Of a stretch of DNA of 43,720 bases, positions 1 to 15,000 are shown piece by piece. Below the pieces are notes generated by a model. The model did no database searches and had not been told where the DNA came from. It saw only the letters and a list, made by a program, of their open reading frames with translations. Position 1 is the stretch's first letter, and each line of letters begins with the position of its first letter. This stretch comes from Nemertoderma westbladi (taxonomy: Eukaryota; Animalia; Xenacoelomorpha), in the NCBI GenBank assembly GCA_032718475.1, contig JAUCBJ010000845.1:1-43720 (forward strand), read 5' to 3'. The position numbers and the translations under genes are program-made.

Positions 1-3000
1 TCAGAATCTATTGGGAACTTCTTTCAGAAACTATTGGGAACTTCTTACAGAAACTATTGGGAACTTCTTTCAGAAACTTTTGGGAACTTCTTTCAGAATC
101 TATTGGGAACTTCATTCAGAATCTATTGGGAACTTCTTTCAGAAACTATTGGGAACTTCTTTCAGAAACTATTGGGAACTTCTTACAGAAACTATTGGGA
201 ACTTCTTACAGAAACTATTGGGAACTTCTTTCAGAAACTATTGGGAACTTCTTTCAGAAACTATTGGGAACTTCTTTCAGAAACTATTGGGAACTTCTTA
301 CAGAAACTATTGGGAACTTCTTTCAGAAACTATTGGGAACTTCTTACAGACACTATTGGGAACTTCTTTCAGAAACTATTGGGAACTTCATTCAGAAACT
401 ATTGGGAACTTCTTTCAGAAACTATTGGGAACTTCATTCAGAAACTATTGGGAACTTCTTTCAGAAACTATTGGGAACTTCTTTCAGAAACTATTGGGAA
501 CTTCTTACAGAAACTATTGGGAACTTCATTCAGAAACTATTGGGAACTTCTTTCAGAAACTATTGGGAACTTCATTCAGAAACTATTGGGAACTTCTTTC
601 AGAAACTATTGGGAACTTCTTACAGACACTATTGGGAACTTCATTCAGAAACTATTGGGAACTTCTTTCAGAAACTATTGGGAACTTCATTCAGAAACTA
701 TTGGGAACTTCTTTCAGAAACTATTGGGAACTTCTTTCAGAAACTTTTGGGAACTTCTTTCAGAAAATATTGGGAACTTCTTTCAGAAACTATTGGGAAC
801 TTCATTCAGAAACTTTTGGGAACTTCTTTCAGAAACTATTGGGAACTTCATTCAGAAACTATTGGGAACTTCTTTCAGAAACTATTGGGAACTTCATTCA
901 GAAACTATTGGGAACTTCTTTCAGAAACTATTGGGAACTTCTTTCAGAAACTATTAGGAACTTCTTTCAGAAACTATTGGGAACTTCATTCAGAAACTAT
1001 TGGGAACTTCTTTCAGAAACTATTGGGAACTTCATTCAGAAACTATTGGGAACTTCTTTCAGAAACTATTGGGAACTTCTTTCAGAAACTATTGGGAACT
1101 TCATTCAGAAACTATTGGGAACTTCTTTCAGAAACTATTGGGAACTTCTTTCAGAAACTATTGGGAACTTCTTTCAGAAACTATTGGGAACTTCATTCAG
1201 AAACTATTGGGAACTTCTTTCAGAAACTATTGGGAACTTCTTTCAGAAACTATTGGGAACTTCATTCAGAAACTATTGGGAACTTCTTTCAGAAACTATT
1301 GGGAACTTCTTTCAGAAACTATTGGGAACTTCTTTCAGAAACTATTGGGAACTTCTTTCAGAAACTATTGGGAACTTCTTTCAGAAACTATTGGGAACTT
1401 CTTTCAGAAACTATTGGGAACTTCTTTCAGAAACTATTGGGAACTTCATTCAGAAACTATTGGGAACTTCTTTCAGAAACTATTGGGAACTTCATTCAGA
1501 AACTATTGGGAACTTCTTTCAGAAACTATTGGGAACTTCTTTCAGAAACTATTGGGAACTTCATTCAGAAACTATTGGGAACTTCTTTCAGAAACTATTG
1601 GGAACTTCATTCAGAAACTATTGGGAACTTCTTTCAGAAACTATTGGGAACTTCATTCAGAAACTATTGGGAACTTCTTTCAGAAACTATTGGGAACTTC
1701 TTTCAGAAACTATTGGGAACTTCTTTCAGAAACTATTGGGAACTTCTTTCAGAAACTATTGGGAACTTCATTCAGAAACTATTGGGAACTTCTTTCAGAA
1801 ACTATTGGGAACTTCATTCAGAAACTATTGGGAACTTCTTTCAGAAACTATTGGGAACTTCTTACAGACACTATTGGGAACTTCTTTCAGAAACTATTGG
1901 GAACTTCTTTCAGAAACTAATGGGAACTTCTTTCAGAATCTATTGGTAACTTCTTTCAGAAACTATTGGGAACTTCTTTCAGAATCTATTGGGAACTTCT
2001 TTCAGAAACTATTGGGAACTTCTTTCAGAAACTATTGGGAACTTCTTTCAGAAACTATTGGGAACTTCATTCAGAAACTATTGGGAACTTCTTACAGAAA
2101 CTATTGGGAACTTCATTCAGAATCTATTGGGAACTTCTTTCAGAAACTATTGGGAACTTCTTTCAGAAACTATTGGGAACTTCATTCAGAAACTATTGGG
2201 AACTTCTTTCAGAAACTATTGGGAACTTCATTCAGAAACTATTGGGAACTTCATTCAGAAACTATTGGGAACTTCTTTCAGAAACTATTGGGAACTTCAT
2301 TCAGAAACTATTGGGAACTTCTTTCAGAAACTATTGGGAACTTCTTTCAGAAACTATTGGGAACTTCATTCAGAAACTATTGGGAACTTCTTTCAGAAAC
2401 TATTGGGAACTTCATTCAGAAACTATTGGGAACTTCTTTCAGAAACTATTGGGAACTTCTTTCAGAAACTATTGGGAACTTCTTTCAGAAACTATTGGGA
2501 ACTTCTTTCAGAAACTATTGGGAACTTCATTCAGAAACTATTGGGAACTTCTTTCAGAAACTATTGGGAACTTCATTCAGAAACTATTGGGAACTTCTTT
2601 CAGAAACTATTGGGAACTTCTTACAGACACTATTGGGAACTTCTTTCAGAAACTATTGGGAACTTCTTTCAGAAACTAATGGGAACTTCTTTCAGAATCT
2701 ATTGGTAACTTCTTTCAGAAACTATTGGGAACTTCTTTCAGAATCTATTGGGAACTTCTTTCAGAAACTATTGGGAACTTCTTTCAGAAACTATTGGGAA
2801 CTTCTTTCAGAAACTATTGGGAACTTCATTCAGAAACTATTGGGAACTTCTTACAGAAACTATTGGGAACTTCATTCAGAATCTATTGGGAACTTCTTTC
2901 AGGAACTATTGGGAACTTCTTTCAGAAACTATTGGGAACTTCATTCAGAAACTATTGGGAACTTCTTTCAGAAACTATTGGGAACTTCATTCAGAATCTA

Positions 3001-6000
3001 TTGGGAACTTCTTTCAGAAACTATTGGGAACTTCTTTCAGAAACTATTGGGAACTTCATTCAGAAACTATTGGGAACTTCTTTCAGAAACTATTGGGAAC
3101 TTCTTTCAGAAACTATTGGGAACTTCATTCAGAAACTATTGGGAACTTCTTTCAGAATCTATTGGGAACTTCTTTCAGAAACTAATGGGAACTTCTTTCA
3201 GAATCTATTGGTAACTTCTTTCAGAAACTATTGGGAACTTCTTTCAGAATCTATTGGGAACTTCTTTCAGAAACTATTGGGAACTTCTTTCAGAAACTAT
3301 TGGGAACTTCTTTCAGAAACTATTGGGAACTTCATTCAGAAACTATTGGGAACTTCTTACAGAATCTATTGGGAACTTCTTACAGAATCTATTGGGAACT
3401 TCTTTCAGAAACTTTTGGGAACTTCTTTCAGAAACTATTGGGAACTTCTTTCAGAAACTATTGGGAACTTCATTCAGAAACTATTGGGAACTTCTTTCAG
3501 AAACTATTGGGAACTTCTTACAGAATCTATTGGGAACTTCTTTCAGAAACTAGTGGGAACTTCTTTCAGAATCTATTGGGAACTTCTTTCAGAAACTTTT
3601 GGGAACTTCTTTCAGAATCTATTGGGAACTTCATTCAGAAACTATTGGGAACTTCTTTCAGAAACTATTGGGAACTTCTTTCAGAAACTATTGGGAACTT
3701 CATTCAGAAACTATTGGGAACTTCTTTCAGAAACTATTGGGAACTTCTTACAGAATCTATTGGGAACTTCTTTCAGAAACTAGTGGGAACTTCTTTCAGA
3801 ATCTATTGGGAACTTCTTTCAGAAACTTTTGGGAACTTCTTTCAGAATCTATTGGTAACTTCTTTCAGAAACTATTGGGAACTTCTTTCAGAAACTATTG
3901 GGAACTTCTTTCAGAAACTATTGGGAACTTCTTTCAGAAACTATTGGGAACTTCTTTCAGAAACTATTGGGAACTTCTTTCAGAATCTATTGGGAACTTC
4001 TTTCAGAAACTTCTTTCAGAATCTATTGGGAACTTCATTCAGAAACTATTGGGAACTTCTTTCAGAAACTATTGGGAACTTCTTTCAGAATCTATTGGGA
4101 ACTTCTTTCAGAAACTATTGGGAACTTCTTTCAGAAACTATTGGGAACTTCTTTCAGAAACTATTGGGAACTTCATTCAGAAACTATTGGGAACTTCTTT
4201 CAGAAACTATTGGGAACTTCTTTCAGAAACTATTGGGAACTTCATTCAGAAACTATTGGGAACTTCTTTCAGAATCTATTGGGAACTTCTTTCAGAAACT
4301 AATGGGAACTTCTTTCAGAATCTATTGGTAACTTCTTTCAGAAACTATTGGGAACTTCTTTCAGAATCTATTGGGAACTTCTTTCAGAAACTATTGGGAA
4401 CTTCTTTCAGAAACTATTGGGAACTTCTTTCAGAAACTATTGGGAACTTCATTCAGAAACTATTGGGAACTTCTATCAGAAACTTTTGGGAACTTCTTTC
4501 AGAATCTATTGGGAACTTCATTCAGAAACTATTGGGAACTTCTTTCAGAAACTATTGGGAACTTCTTTCAGAATCTATTGGGAACTTCTTTCAGAAACTA
4601 TTGGGAACTTCTTTCAGAAACTTTTGGGAACTTCTTTCAGAATCTATTGGGAACTTCATTCAGAAACTATTGGGAACTTCTTTCAGAAACTATTGGGAAC
4701 TTCTTACAGAATCTATTGGGAACTTCTTTCAGAAACTAGTGGGAACTTCTTTCAGAAACTATTGGGAACTTCTTTCAGAAACTATTGGGAACTTCTTACA
4801 GAATCTATTGGGAACTTCTTTCAGAAACTAGTGGGAACTTCTTTCAGAATCTATTGGGAACTTCTTTCAGAAACTTTTGGGAACTTCTTTCAGAAACTAT
4901 TGGGAACTTCTTTCAGAAACTATTGGGAACTTCATTCAGAAACTATTGGGAACTTCTTTCAGAAACTATTGGGAACTTCTTACAGAATCTATTGGGAACT
5001 TCTTTCAGAAACTAGTGGGAACTTCTTTCAGAATCTATTGGGAACTTCTTTCAGAAACTTTTGGGAACTTCTTTCAGAATCTATTGGGAACTTCATTCAG
5101 AAACTATTGGGAACTTCTTTCAGAAACTATTGGGAACTTCTTTCAGAATCTATTGGGAACTTCTTTCAGAAACTATTGGGAACTTCTTTCAGAATCTATT
5201 GGGAACTTCTTTCAGAAACTTTTGGGAACTTCTTTCAGAAACTATTGGGAACTTCTTTCAGAAACTATTGGGAACTTCTTTCAGAAACTATTGGGAACTT
5301 CATTCAGAAACTATTGGGAACTTCTTTCAGAAACTATTGGGAACTTCTTTCAGAAACTATTGGGAACTTCTTTCAGAAACTATTGGGAACTTCTTTCAGA
5401 AACTATTGGGAACTTCTTACAGAATCTATTGGGAACTTCTTACAGAATCTATTGGGAACTTCTTTCAGAAACTTTTGGGAACTTCTTTCAGAAACTATTG
5501 GGAACTTCTTTCAGAAACTATTGGGAACTTCTTAAAGAAACTATTGGGAACTTCTTTCAGAAACTATTGGGAACTTCTTTCAGAAACTATTGGGAACTTC
5601 TTTCAGAAACTATTGGGAACTTCTTACAGAATCTATTGGGAACTTCTTTCAGAAACTAGTGGGAACTTCTTTCAGAATCTATTGGGAACTTCTTTCAGAA
5701 ACTTTTGGGAACTTCTTTCAGAATCTATTGGGAACTTCATTCAGAAGCTATTGGGAACTTCTTTCAGAAACTATTGGGAACTTCTTTCAGAAACTATTGG
5801 GAACTTCATTCAGAAACTATTGGGAACTTCATTCAGAAACTTTTGGGAACTTCTTTCAGAATCTATTGGGAACTTCATTCAGAAGCTATTGGGAACTTCT
5901 TTCAGAAACTATTGGGAACTTCTTTCAGAAACTATTGGGAACTTCATTCAGAAACTATTGGGAACTTCATTCAGAAGCTATTGGGAACTTCTTTCAGAAA

Positions 6001-9000
6001 CTATTGGGAACTTCTTTCAGAATCTATTGGGAACTTCATTCAGAAGCTATTGGGAACTTCTTTCAGAAACTATTGGGAACTTCTTTCAGAAACTATTGGG
6101 AACTTCATTCAGAAACTATTGGGAACTTCTTACAGAAAATATTGGGAACTTCTTACAGAATCTATTGGGAACTTCTTTCAGAATCTATTGGGAACTTCAT
6201 TCAGAAACTATTGGGAACTTCTTTCAGAAACTATTGGGAACTTCTTACAGAATCTATTGGGAACTTCTTTCAGAAACTAGTGGGAACTTCTTTCAGAAAC
6301 TATTGGGAACTTCTTTCAGAAACTTTTGGGAACTTCTTTCAGAAACTATTGGGAACTTCTTTCAGAAACTATTGGGAACTTCATTCAGAAACTATTGGGA
6401 ACTTCTTTCAGAAACTATTGGGAACTTCTTACAGAATCTATTGGGAACTTCTTTCAGAAACTAGTGGGAACTTCATTCAGAAACTTTTGGGAACTTCTTA
6501 CAGAAACTATTGGGAACTTCTTTCAGAAACTATTGGGAACTTCTTTCAGAATCTATTGGGAACTTCATTCAGAAACTATTGGGAACTTCTTTCAGAAACT
6601 ATTGGGAACTTCTTTCAGAAACTATTGGGAACTTCTTACAGAATCTATTGGGAACTTCTTTCAGAAACTATTGGGAACTTCTTTCAGAAACTATTGGGAA
6701 CTTCTTTCAGAAACTATTGGGAACTTCATTCAGAAACTAATTGGAACTTCATTCAGAAACTTTTGGGAACTTCTTACAGAAACTATTGGGAACTTCTTTC
6801 AGAAACTATTGGGAACTTCTTTCAGAATCTATTGGGAACTTCATTCAGAAACTATTGGGAACTTCTTTCAGAAACTATTGGGAACTTCTTTCAGAAACTA
6901 TTGGGAACTTCTTACAGAATCTATTGGGAACTTCTTACAGAATCTATTGGGAACTTCTTTCAGAAACTTTTGGGAACTTCTTTCAGAAACTATTGGGAAC
7001 TTCTTTCAGAAACTATTGGGAACTTCATTCAGAAACTATTGGGAACTTCTTTCAGAAACTATTGGGAACTTCTTACAGAATCTATTGGGAACTTCTTTCA
7101 GAAACTAGTGGGAACTTCTTTCAGAATCTATTGGGAACTTCTTTCAGAAACTTTTGGGAACTTCTTTCAGAAACTATTGGGAACTTCTTTCAGAAACTAT
7201 TGGGAACTTCATTCAGAAACTATTGGGAACTTCTTTCAGAAACTATTGGGAACTTCTTACAGAATCTATTGGGAACTTCTTTCAGAAACTAGTGGGAACT
7301 TCTTTCAGAATCTATTGGGAACTTCTTTCAGAAACTTTTGGGAACTTCTTTCAGAATCTATTGGGAACTTCATTCAGAAACTATTGGGAACTTCTTTCAG
7401 AAACTATTGGGAACTTCTTTCAGAATCTATTGGGAACTTCTTTCAGAAACTATTGGGAACTTCTTTCAGAAACTTTTGGGAACTTCTTTCAGAATCTATT
7501 GGGAACTTCATTCAGAAACTATTGGGAACTTCTTTCAGAAACTATTGGGAACTTCTTACAGAATCTATTGGGAACTTCTTTCAGAAACTAGTGGGAACTT
7601 CTTTCAGAAACTATTGGGAACTTCTTTCAGAAACTATTGGGAACTTCTTACAGAATCTATTGGGAACTTCTTTCAGAAACTAGTGGGAACTTCTTTCAGA
7701 ATCTATTGGGAACTTCTTTCAGAAACTTTTGGGAACTTCTTTCAGAAACTATTGGGAACTTCTTTCAGAAACTATTGGGAACTTCATTCAGAAACTATTG
7801 GGAACTTCTTTCAGAAACTATTGGGAACTTCTTACAGAATCTATTGGGAACTTCTTTCAGAAACTAGTGGGAACTTCTTTCAGAATCTATTGGGAACTTC
7901 TTTCAGAAACTTTTGGGAACTTCTTTCAGAATCTATTGGGAACTTCATTCAGAAACTATTGGGAACTTCTTTCAGAAACTATTGGGAACTTCTTTCAGAA
8001 TCTATTGGGAACTTCTTTCAGAAACTATTGGGAACTTCTTTCAGAATCTATTGGGAACTTCTTTCAGAAACTTTTGTGAACTTCTTTCAGAAACTATTGG
8101 GAACTTCTTTCAGAAACTATTGGGAACTTCTTTCAGAAACTATTGGGAACTTCATTCAGAAACTATTGGGAACTTCTTTCAGAAACTATTGGGAACTTCT
8201 TTCAGAAACTATTGGGAACTTCTTTCAGAAACTATTGGGAACTTCTTTCAGAAACTATTGGGAACTTCTTACAGAATCTATTGGGAACTTCTTACAGAAT
8301 CTATTGGGAACTTCTTTCAGAAACTTTTGGGAACTTCTTTCAGAAACTATTGGGAACTTCTTTCAGAAACTATTGGGAACTTCTTAAAGAAACTATTGGG
8401 AACTTCTTTCAGAAACTATTGGGAACTTCTTTCAGAAACTATTGGGAACTTCTTTCAGAAACTATTGGGAACTTCTTACAGAATCTATTGGGAACTTCTT
8501 TCAGAAACTAGTGGGAACTTCTTTCAGAATCTATTGGGAACTTCTTTCAGAAACTTTTGGGAACTTCTTTCAGAATCTATTGGGAACTTCATTCAGAAGC
8601 TATTGGGAACTTCTTTCAGAAACTATTGGGAACTTCTTTCAGAAACTATTGGGAACTTCATTCAGAAACTATTGGGAACTTCATTCAGAAACTTTTGGGA
8701 ACTTCTTTCAGAATCTATTGGGAACTTCATTCAGAAGCTATTGGGAACTTCTTTCAGAAACTATTGGGAACTTCTTTCAGAAACTATTGGGAACTTCATT
8801 CAGAAACTATTGGGAACTTCATTCAGAAGCTATTGGGAACTTCTTTCAGAAACTATTGGGAACTTCTTTCAGAATCTATTGGGAACTTCATTCAGAAGCT
8901 ATTGGGAACTTCTTTCAGAAACTATTGGGAACTTCTTTCAGAAACTATTGGGAACTTCATTCAGAAACTATTGGGAACTTCTTACAGAAAATATTGGGAA

Positions 9001-12000
9001 CTTCTTACAGAATCTATTGGGAACTTCTTTCAGAATCTATTGGGAACTTCATTCAGAAACTATTGGGAACTTCTTTCAGAAACTATTGGGAACTTCTTAC
9101 AGAATCTATTGGGAACTTCTTTCAGAAACTAGTGGGAACTTCTTTCAGAAACTATTGGGAACTTCATTCAGAAACTATTGGGAACTTCTTACAGAATCTA
9201 TTGGGAACTTCTTACAGAATCTATTGGGAACTTCTTTCAGAAACTTTTGGGAACTTCTTTCAGAAACTATTGGGAACTTCTTTCAGAAACTATTGGGAAC
9301 TTCATTCAGAAACTATTGGGAACTTCTTTCAGAAACTATTGGGAACTTCTTACAGAATCTATTGGGAACTTCTTTCAGAAACTAGTGGGAACTTCTTTCA
9401 GAATCTATTGGGAACTTCTTTCAGAAACTTTTGGGAACTTCTTTCAGAATCTATTGGGAACTTCATTCAGAAACTATTGGGAACTTCTTTCAGAAACTAT
9501 TGGGAACTTCTTTCAGAAACTATTGGGAACTTCATTCAGAAACTATTGGGAACTTCTTTCAGAAACTATTGGGAACTTCATTCAGAATCTATTGGGAACT
9601 TCTTTCAGAAACTATTGGGAACTTCTTTCAGAAACTATTGGGAACTTCATTCAGAAACTATTGGGAACTTCTTTCAGAAACTATTGGGAACTTCTTTCAG
9701 AAACTATTGGGAACTTCATTCAGAAACTATTGGGAACTTCTTTCAGAATCTATTGGGAACTTCTTTCAGAAACTAATGGGAACTTCTTTCAGAATCTATT
9801 GGTAACTTCTTTCAGAAACTATTGGGAACTTCTTTCAGAATCTATTGGGAACTTCTTTCAGAAACTATTGGGAACTTCTTTCAGAAACTATTGGGAACTT
9901 CTTTCAGAAACTATTGGGAACTTCATTCAGAAACTATTGGGAACTTCTTACAGAATCTATTGGGAACTTCTTACAGAATCTATTGGGAACTTCTTTCAGA
10001 AACTTTTGGGAACTTCTTTCAGAAACTATTGGGAACTTCTTTCAGAAACTATTGGGAACTTCATTCAGAAACTATTGGGAACTTCTTTCAGAAACTATTG
10101 GGAACTTCTTACAGAATCTATTGGGAACTTCTTTCAGAAACTATTGGGAACTTCTTACAGAATCTATTGGGAACTTCTTTCAGAAACTATTGGGAACTTC
10201 TTTCAGAAACTATTGGGAACTTCATTCAGAAACTATTGGGAACTTCTTTCAGAATCTATTGGGAACTTCTTTCAGAAACTAATGGGAACTTCTTTCAGAA
10301 TCTATTGGTAACTTCTTTCAGAAACTATTGGGAACTTCTTTCAGAATCTATTGGGAACTTCTTTCAGAAACTATTGGGAACTTCTTTCAGAAACTATTGG
10401 GAACTTCTTTCAGAAACTATTGGGAACTTCATTCAGAAACTATTGGGAACTTCTTACAGAATCTATTGGGAACTTCTTACAGAATCTATTGGGAACTTCT
10501 TTCAGAAACTTTTGGGAACTTCTTTCAGAAACTATTGGGAACTTCTTTCAGAAACTATTGGGAACTTCATTCAGAAACTATTGGGAACTTCTTTCAGAAA
10601 CTATTGGGAACTTCTTACAGAATCTATTGGGAACTTCTTTCAGAAACTAGTGGGAACTTCTTTCAGAATCTATTGGGAACTTCTTTCAGAAACTTTTGGG
10701 AACTTCTTTCAGAATCTATTGGGAACTTCATTCAGAAACTATTGGGAACTTCTTTCAGAAACTATTGGGAACTTCTTTCAGAAACTATTGGGAACTTCAT
10801 TCAGAAACTATTGGGAACTTCTTTCAGAAACTATTGGGAACTTCTTACAGAATCTATTGGGAACTTCTTTCAGAAACTAGTGGGAACTTCTTTCAGAATC
10901 TATTGGGAACTTCTTTCAGAAACTTTTGGGAACTTCTTTCAGAATCTATTGGTAACTTCTTTCAGAAACTATTGGGAACTTCTTTCAGAAACTATTGGGA
11001 ACTTCTTTCAGAAACTATTGGGAACTTCTTTCAGAAACTATTGGGAACTTCTTTCAGAAACTATTGGGAACTTCTTTCAGAATCTATTGGGAACTTCTTT
11101 CAGAAACTTCTTTCAGAATCTATTGGGAACTTCATTCAGAAACTATTGGGAACTTCTTTCAGAAACTATTGGGAACTTCTTTCAGAATCTATTGGGAACT
11201 TCTTTCAGAAACTATTGGGAACTTCTTTCAGAAACTATTGGGAACTTCTTTCAGAAACTATTGGGAACTTCATTCAGAAACTATTGGGAACTTCTTTCAG
11301 AAACTATTGGGAACTTCTTTCAGAAACTATTGGGAACTTCATTCAGAAACTATTGGGAACTTCTTTCAGAATCTATTGGGAACTTCTTTCAGAAACTAAT
11401 GGGAACTTCTTTCAGAATCTATTGGTAACTTCTTTCAGAAACTATTGGGAACTTCTTTCAGAATCTATTGGGAACTTCTTTCAGAAACTATTGGGAACTT
11501 CTTTCAGAAACTATTGGGAACTTCTTTCAGAAACTATTGGGAACTTCATTCAGAAACTATTGGGAACTTCTTTCAGAAACTTTTGGGAACTTCTTTCAGA
11601 ATCTATTGGGAACTTCATTCAGAAACTATTGGGAACTTCTTTCAGAAACTATTGGGAACTTCTTTCAGAATCTATTGGGAACTTCTTTCAGAAACTATTG
11701 GGAACTTCTTTCAGAAACTTTTGGGAACTTCTTTCAGAATCTATTGGGAACTTCATTCAGAAACTATTGGGAACTTCTTTCAGAAACTATTGGGAACTTC
11801 TTACAGAATCTATTGGGAACTTCTTTCAGAAACTAGTGGGAACTTCTTTCAGAAACTATTGGGAACTTCTTTCAGAAACTATTGGGAACTTCTTACAGAA
11901 TCTATTGGGAACTTCTTTCAGAAACTAGTGGGAACTTCTTTCAGAATCTATTGGGAACTTCTTTCAGAAACTTTTGGGAACTTCTTTCAGAAACTATTGG

Positions 12001-15000
12001 GAACTTCTTTCAGAAACTATTGGGAACTTCATTCAGAAACTATTGGGAACTTCTTTCAGAAACTATTGGGAACTTCTTACAGAATCTATTGGGAACTTCT
12101 TTCAGAAACTAGTGGGAACTTCTTTCAGAATCTATTGGGAACTTCTTTCAGAAACTTTTGGGAACTTCTTTCAGAATCTATTGGGAACTTCATTCAGAAA
12201 CTATTGGGAACTTCTTTCAGAAACTATTGGGAACTTCTTTCAGAATCTATTGGGAACTTCTTTCAGAAACTATTGGGAACTTCTTTCAGAATCTATTGGG
12301 AACTTCTTTCAGAAACTTTTGGGAACTTCTTTCAGAAACTATTGGGAACTTCTTTCAGAAACTATTGGGAACTTCTTTCAGAAACTATTGGGAACTTCAT
12401 TCAGAAACTATTGGGAACTTCTTTCAGAAACTATTGGGAACTTCTTTCAGAAACTATTGGGAACTTCTTTCAGAAACTATTGGGAACTTCTTTCAGAAAC
12501 TATTGGGAACTTCTTACAGAATCTATTGGGAACTTCTTACAGAATCTATTGGGAACTTCTTTCAGAAACTTTTGGGAACTTCTTTCAGAAACTATTGGGA
12601 ACTTCTTTCAGAAACTATTGGGAACTTCTTAAAGAAACTATTGGGAACTTCTTTCAGAAACTATTGGGAACTTCTTTCAGAAACTATTGGGAACTTCTTT
12701 CAGAAACTATTGGGAACTTCTTACAGAATCTATTGGGAACTTCTTTCAGAAACTAGTGGGAACTTCTTTCAGAATCTATTGGGAACTTCTTTCAGAAACT
12801 TTTGGGAACTTCTTTCAGAATCTATTGGGAACTTCATTCAGAAGCTATTGGGAACTTCTTTCAGAAACTATTGGGAACTTCTTTCAGAAACTATTGGGAA
12901 CTTCATTCAGAAACTATTGGGAACTTCATTCAGAAACTTTTGGGAACTTCTTTCAGAATCTATTGGGAACTTCATTCAGAAGCTATTGGGAACTTCTTTC
13001 AGAAACTATTGGGAACTTCTTTCAGAAACTATTGGGAACTTCATTCAGAAACTATTGGGAACTTCATTCAGAAGCTATTGGGAACTTCTTTCAGAAACTA
13101 TTGGGAACTTCTTTCAGAATCTATTGGGAACTTCATTCAGAAGCTATTGGGAACTTCTTTCAGAAACTATTGGGAACTTCTTTCAGAAACTATTGGGAAC
13201 TTCATTCAGAAACTATTGGGAACTTCTTACAGAAAATATTGGGAACTTCTTACAGAATCTATTGGGAACTTCTTTCAGAATCTATTGGGAACTTCATTCA
13301 GAAACTATTGGGAACTTCTTTCAGAAACTATTGGGAACTTCTTACAGAATCTATTGGGAACTTCTTTCAGAAACTAGTGGGAACTTCTTTCAGAAACTAT
13401 TGGGAACTTCTTTCAGAAACTTTTGGGAACTTCTTTCAGAAACTATTGGGAACTTCTTTCAGAAACTATTGGGAACTTCATTCAGAAACTATTGGGAACT
13501 TCTTTCAGAAACTATTGGGAACTTCTTACAGAATCTATTGGGAACTTCTTTCAGAAACTAGTGGGAACTTCATTCAGAAACTTTTGGGAACTTCTTACAG
13601 AAACTATTGGGAACTTCTTTCAGAAACTATTGGGAACTTCTTTCAGAATCTATTGGGAACTTCATTCAGAAACTATTGGGAACTTCTTTCAGAAACTATT
13701 GGGAACTTCTTTCAGAAACTATTGGGAACTTCTTACAGAATCTATTGGGAACTTCTTTCAGAAACTATTGGGAACTTCTTTCAGAAACTATTGGGAACTT
13801 CTTTCAGAAACTATTGGGAACTTCATTCAGAAACTAATTGGAACTTCATTCAGAAACTTTTGGGAACTTCTTACAGAAACTATTGGGAACTTCTTTCAGA
13901 AACTATTGGGAACTTCTTTCAGAATCTATTGGGAACTTCATTCAGAAACTATTGGGAACTTCTTTCAGAAACTATTGGGAACTTCTTTCAGAAACTATTG
14001 GGAACTTCTTACAGAATCTATTGGGAACTTCTTACAGAATCTATTGGGAACTTCTTTCAGAAACTTTTGGGAACTTCTTTCAGAAACTATTGGGAACTTC
14101 TTTCAGAAACTATTGGGAACTTCATTCAGAAACTATTGGGAACTTCTTTCAGAAACTATTGGGAACTTCTTACAGAATCTATTGGGAACTTCTTTCAGAA
14201 ACTAGTGGGAACTTCTTTCAGAATCTATTGGGAACTTCTTTCAGAAACTTTTGGGAACTTCTTTCAGAAACTATTGGGAACTTCTTTCAGAAACTATTGG
14301 GAACTTCATTCAGAAACTATTGGGAACTTCTTTCAGAAACTATTGGGAACTTCTTACAGAATCTATTGGGAACTTCTTTCAGAAACTAGTGGGAACTTCT
14401 TTCAGAATCTATTGGGAACTTCTTTCAGAAACTTTTGGGAACTTCTTTCAGAATCTATTGGGAACTTCATTCAGAAACTATTGGGAACTTCTTTCAGAAA
14501 CTATTGGGAACTTCTTTCAGAATCTATTGGGAACTTCTTTCAGAAACTATTGGGAACTTCTTTCAGAAACTTTTGGGAACTTCTTTCAGAATCTATTGGG
14601 AACTTCATTCAGAAACTATTGGGAACTTCTTTCAGAAACTATTGGGAACTTCTTACAGAATCTATTGGGAACTTCTTTCAGAAACTAGTGGGAACTTCTT
14701 TCAGAAACTATTGGGAACTTCTTTCAGAAACTATTGGGAACTTCTTACAGAATCTATTGGGAACTTCTTTCAGAAACTAGTGGGAACTTCTTTCAGAATC
14801 TATTGGGAACTTCTTTCAGAAACTTTTGGGAACTTCTTTCAGAAACTATTGGGAACTTCTTTCAGAAACTATTGGGAACTTCATTCAGAAACTATTGGGA
14901 ACTTCTTTCAGAAACTATTGGGAACTTCTTACAGAATCTATTGGGAACTTCTTTCAGAAACTAGTGGGAACTTCTTTCAGAATCTATTGGGAACTTCTTT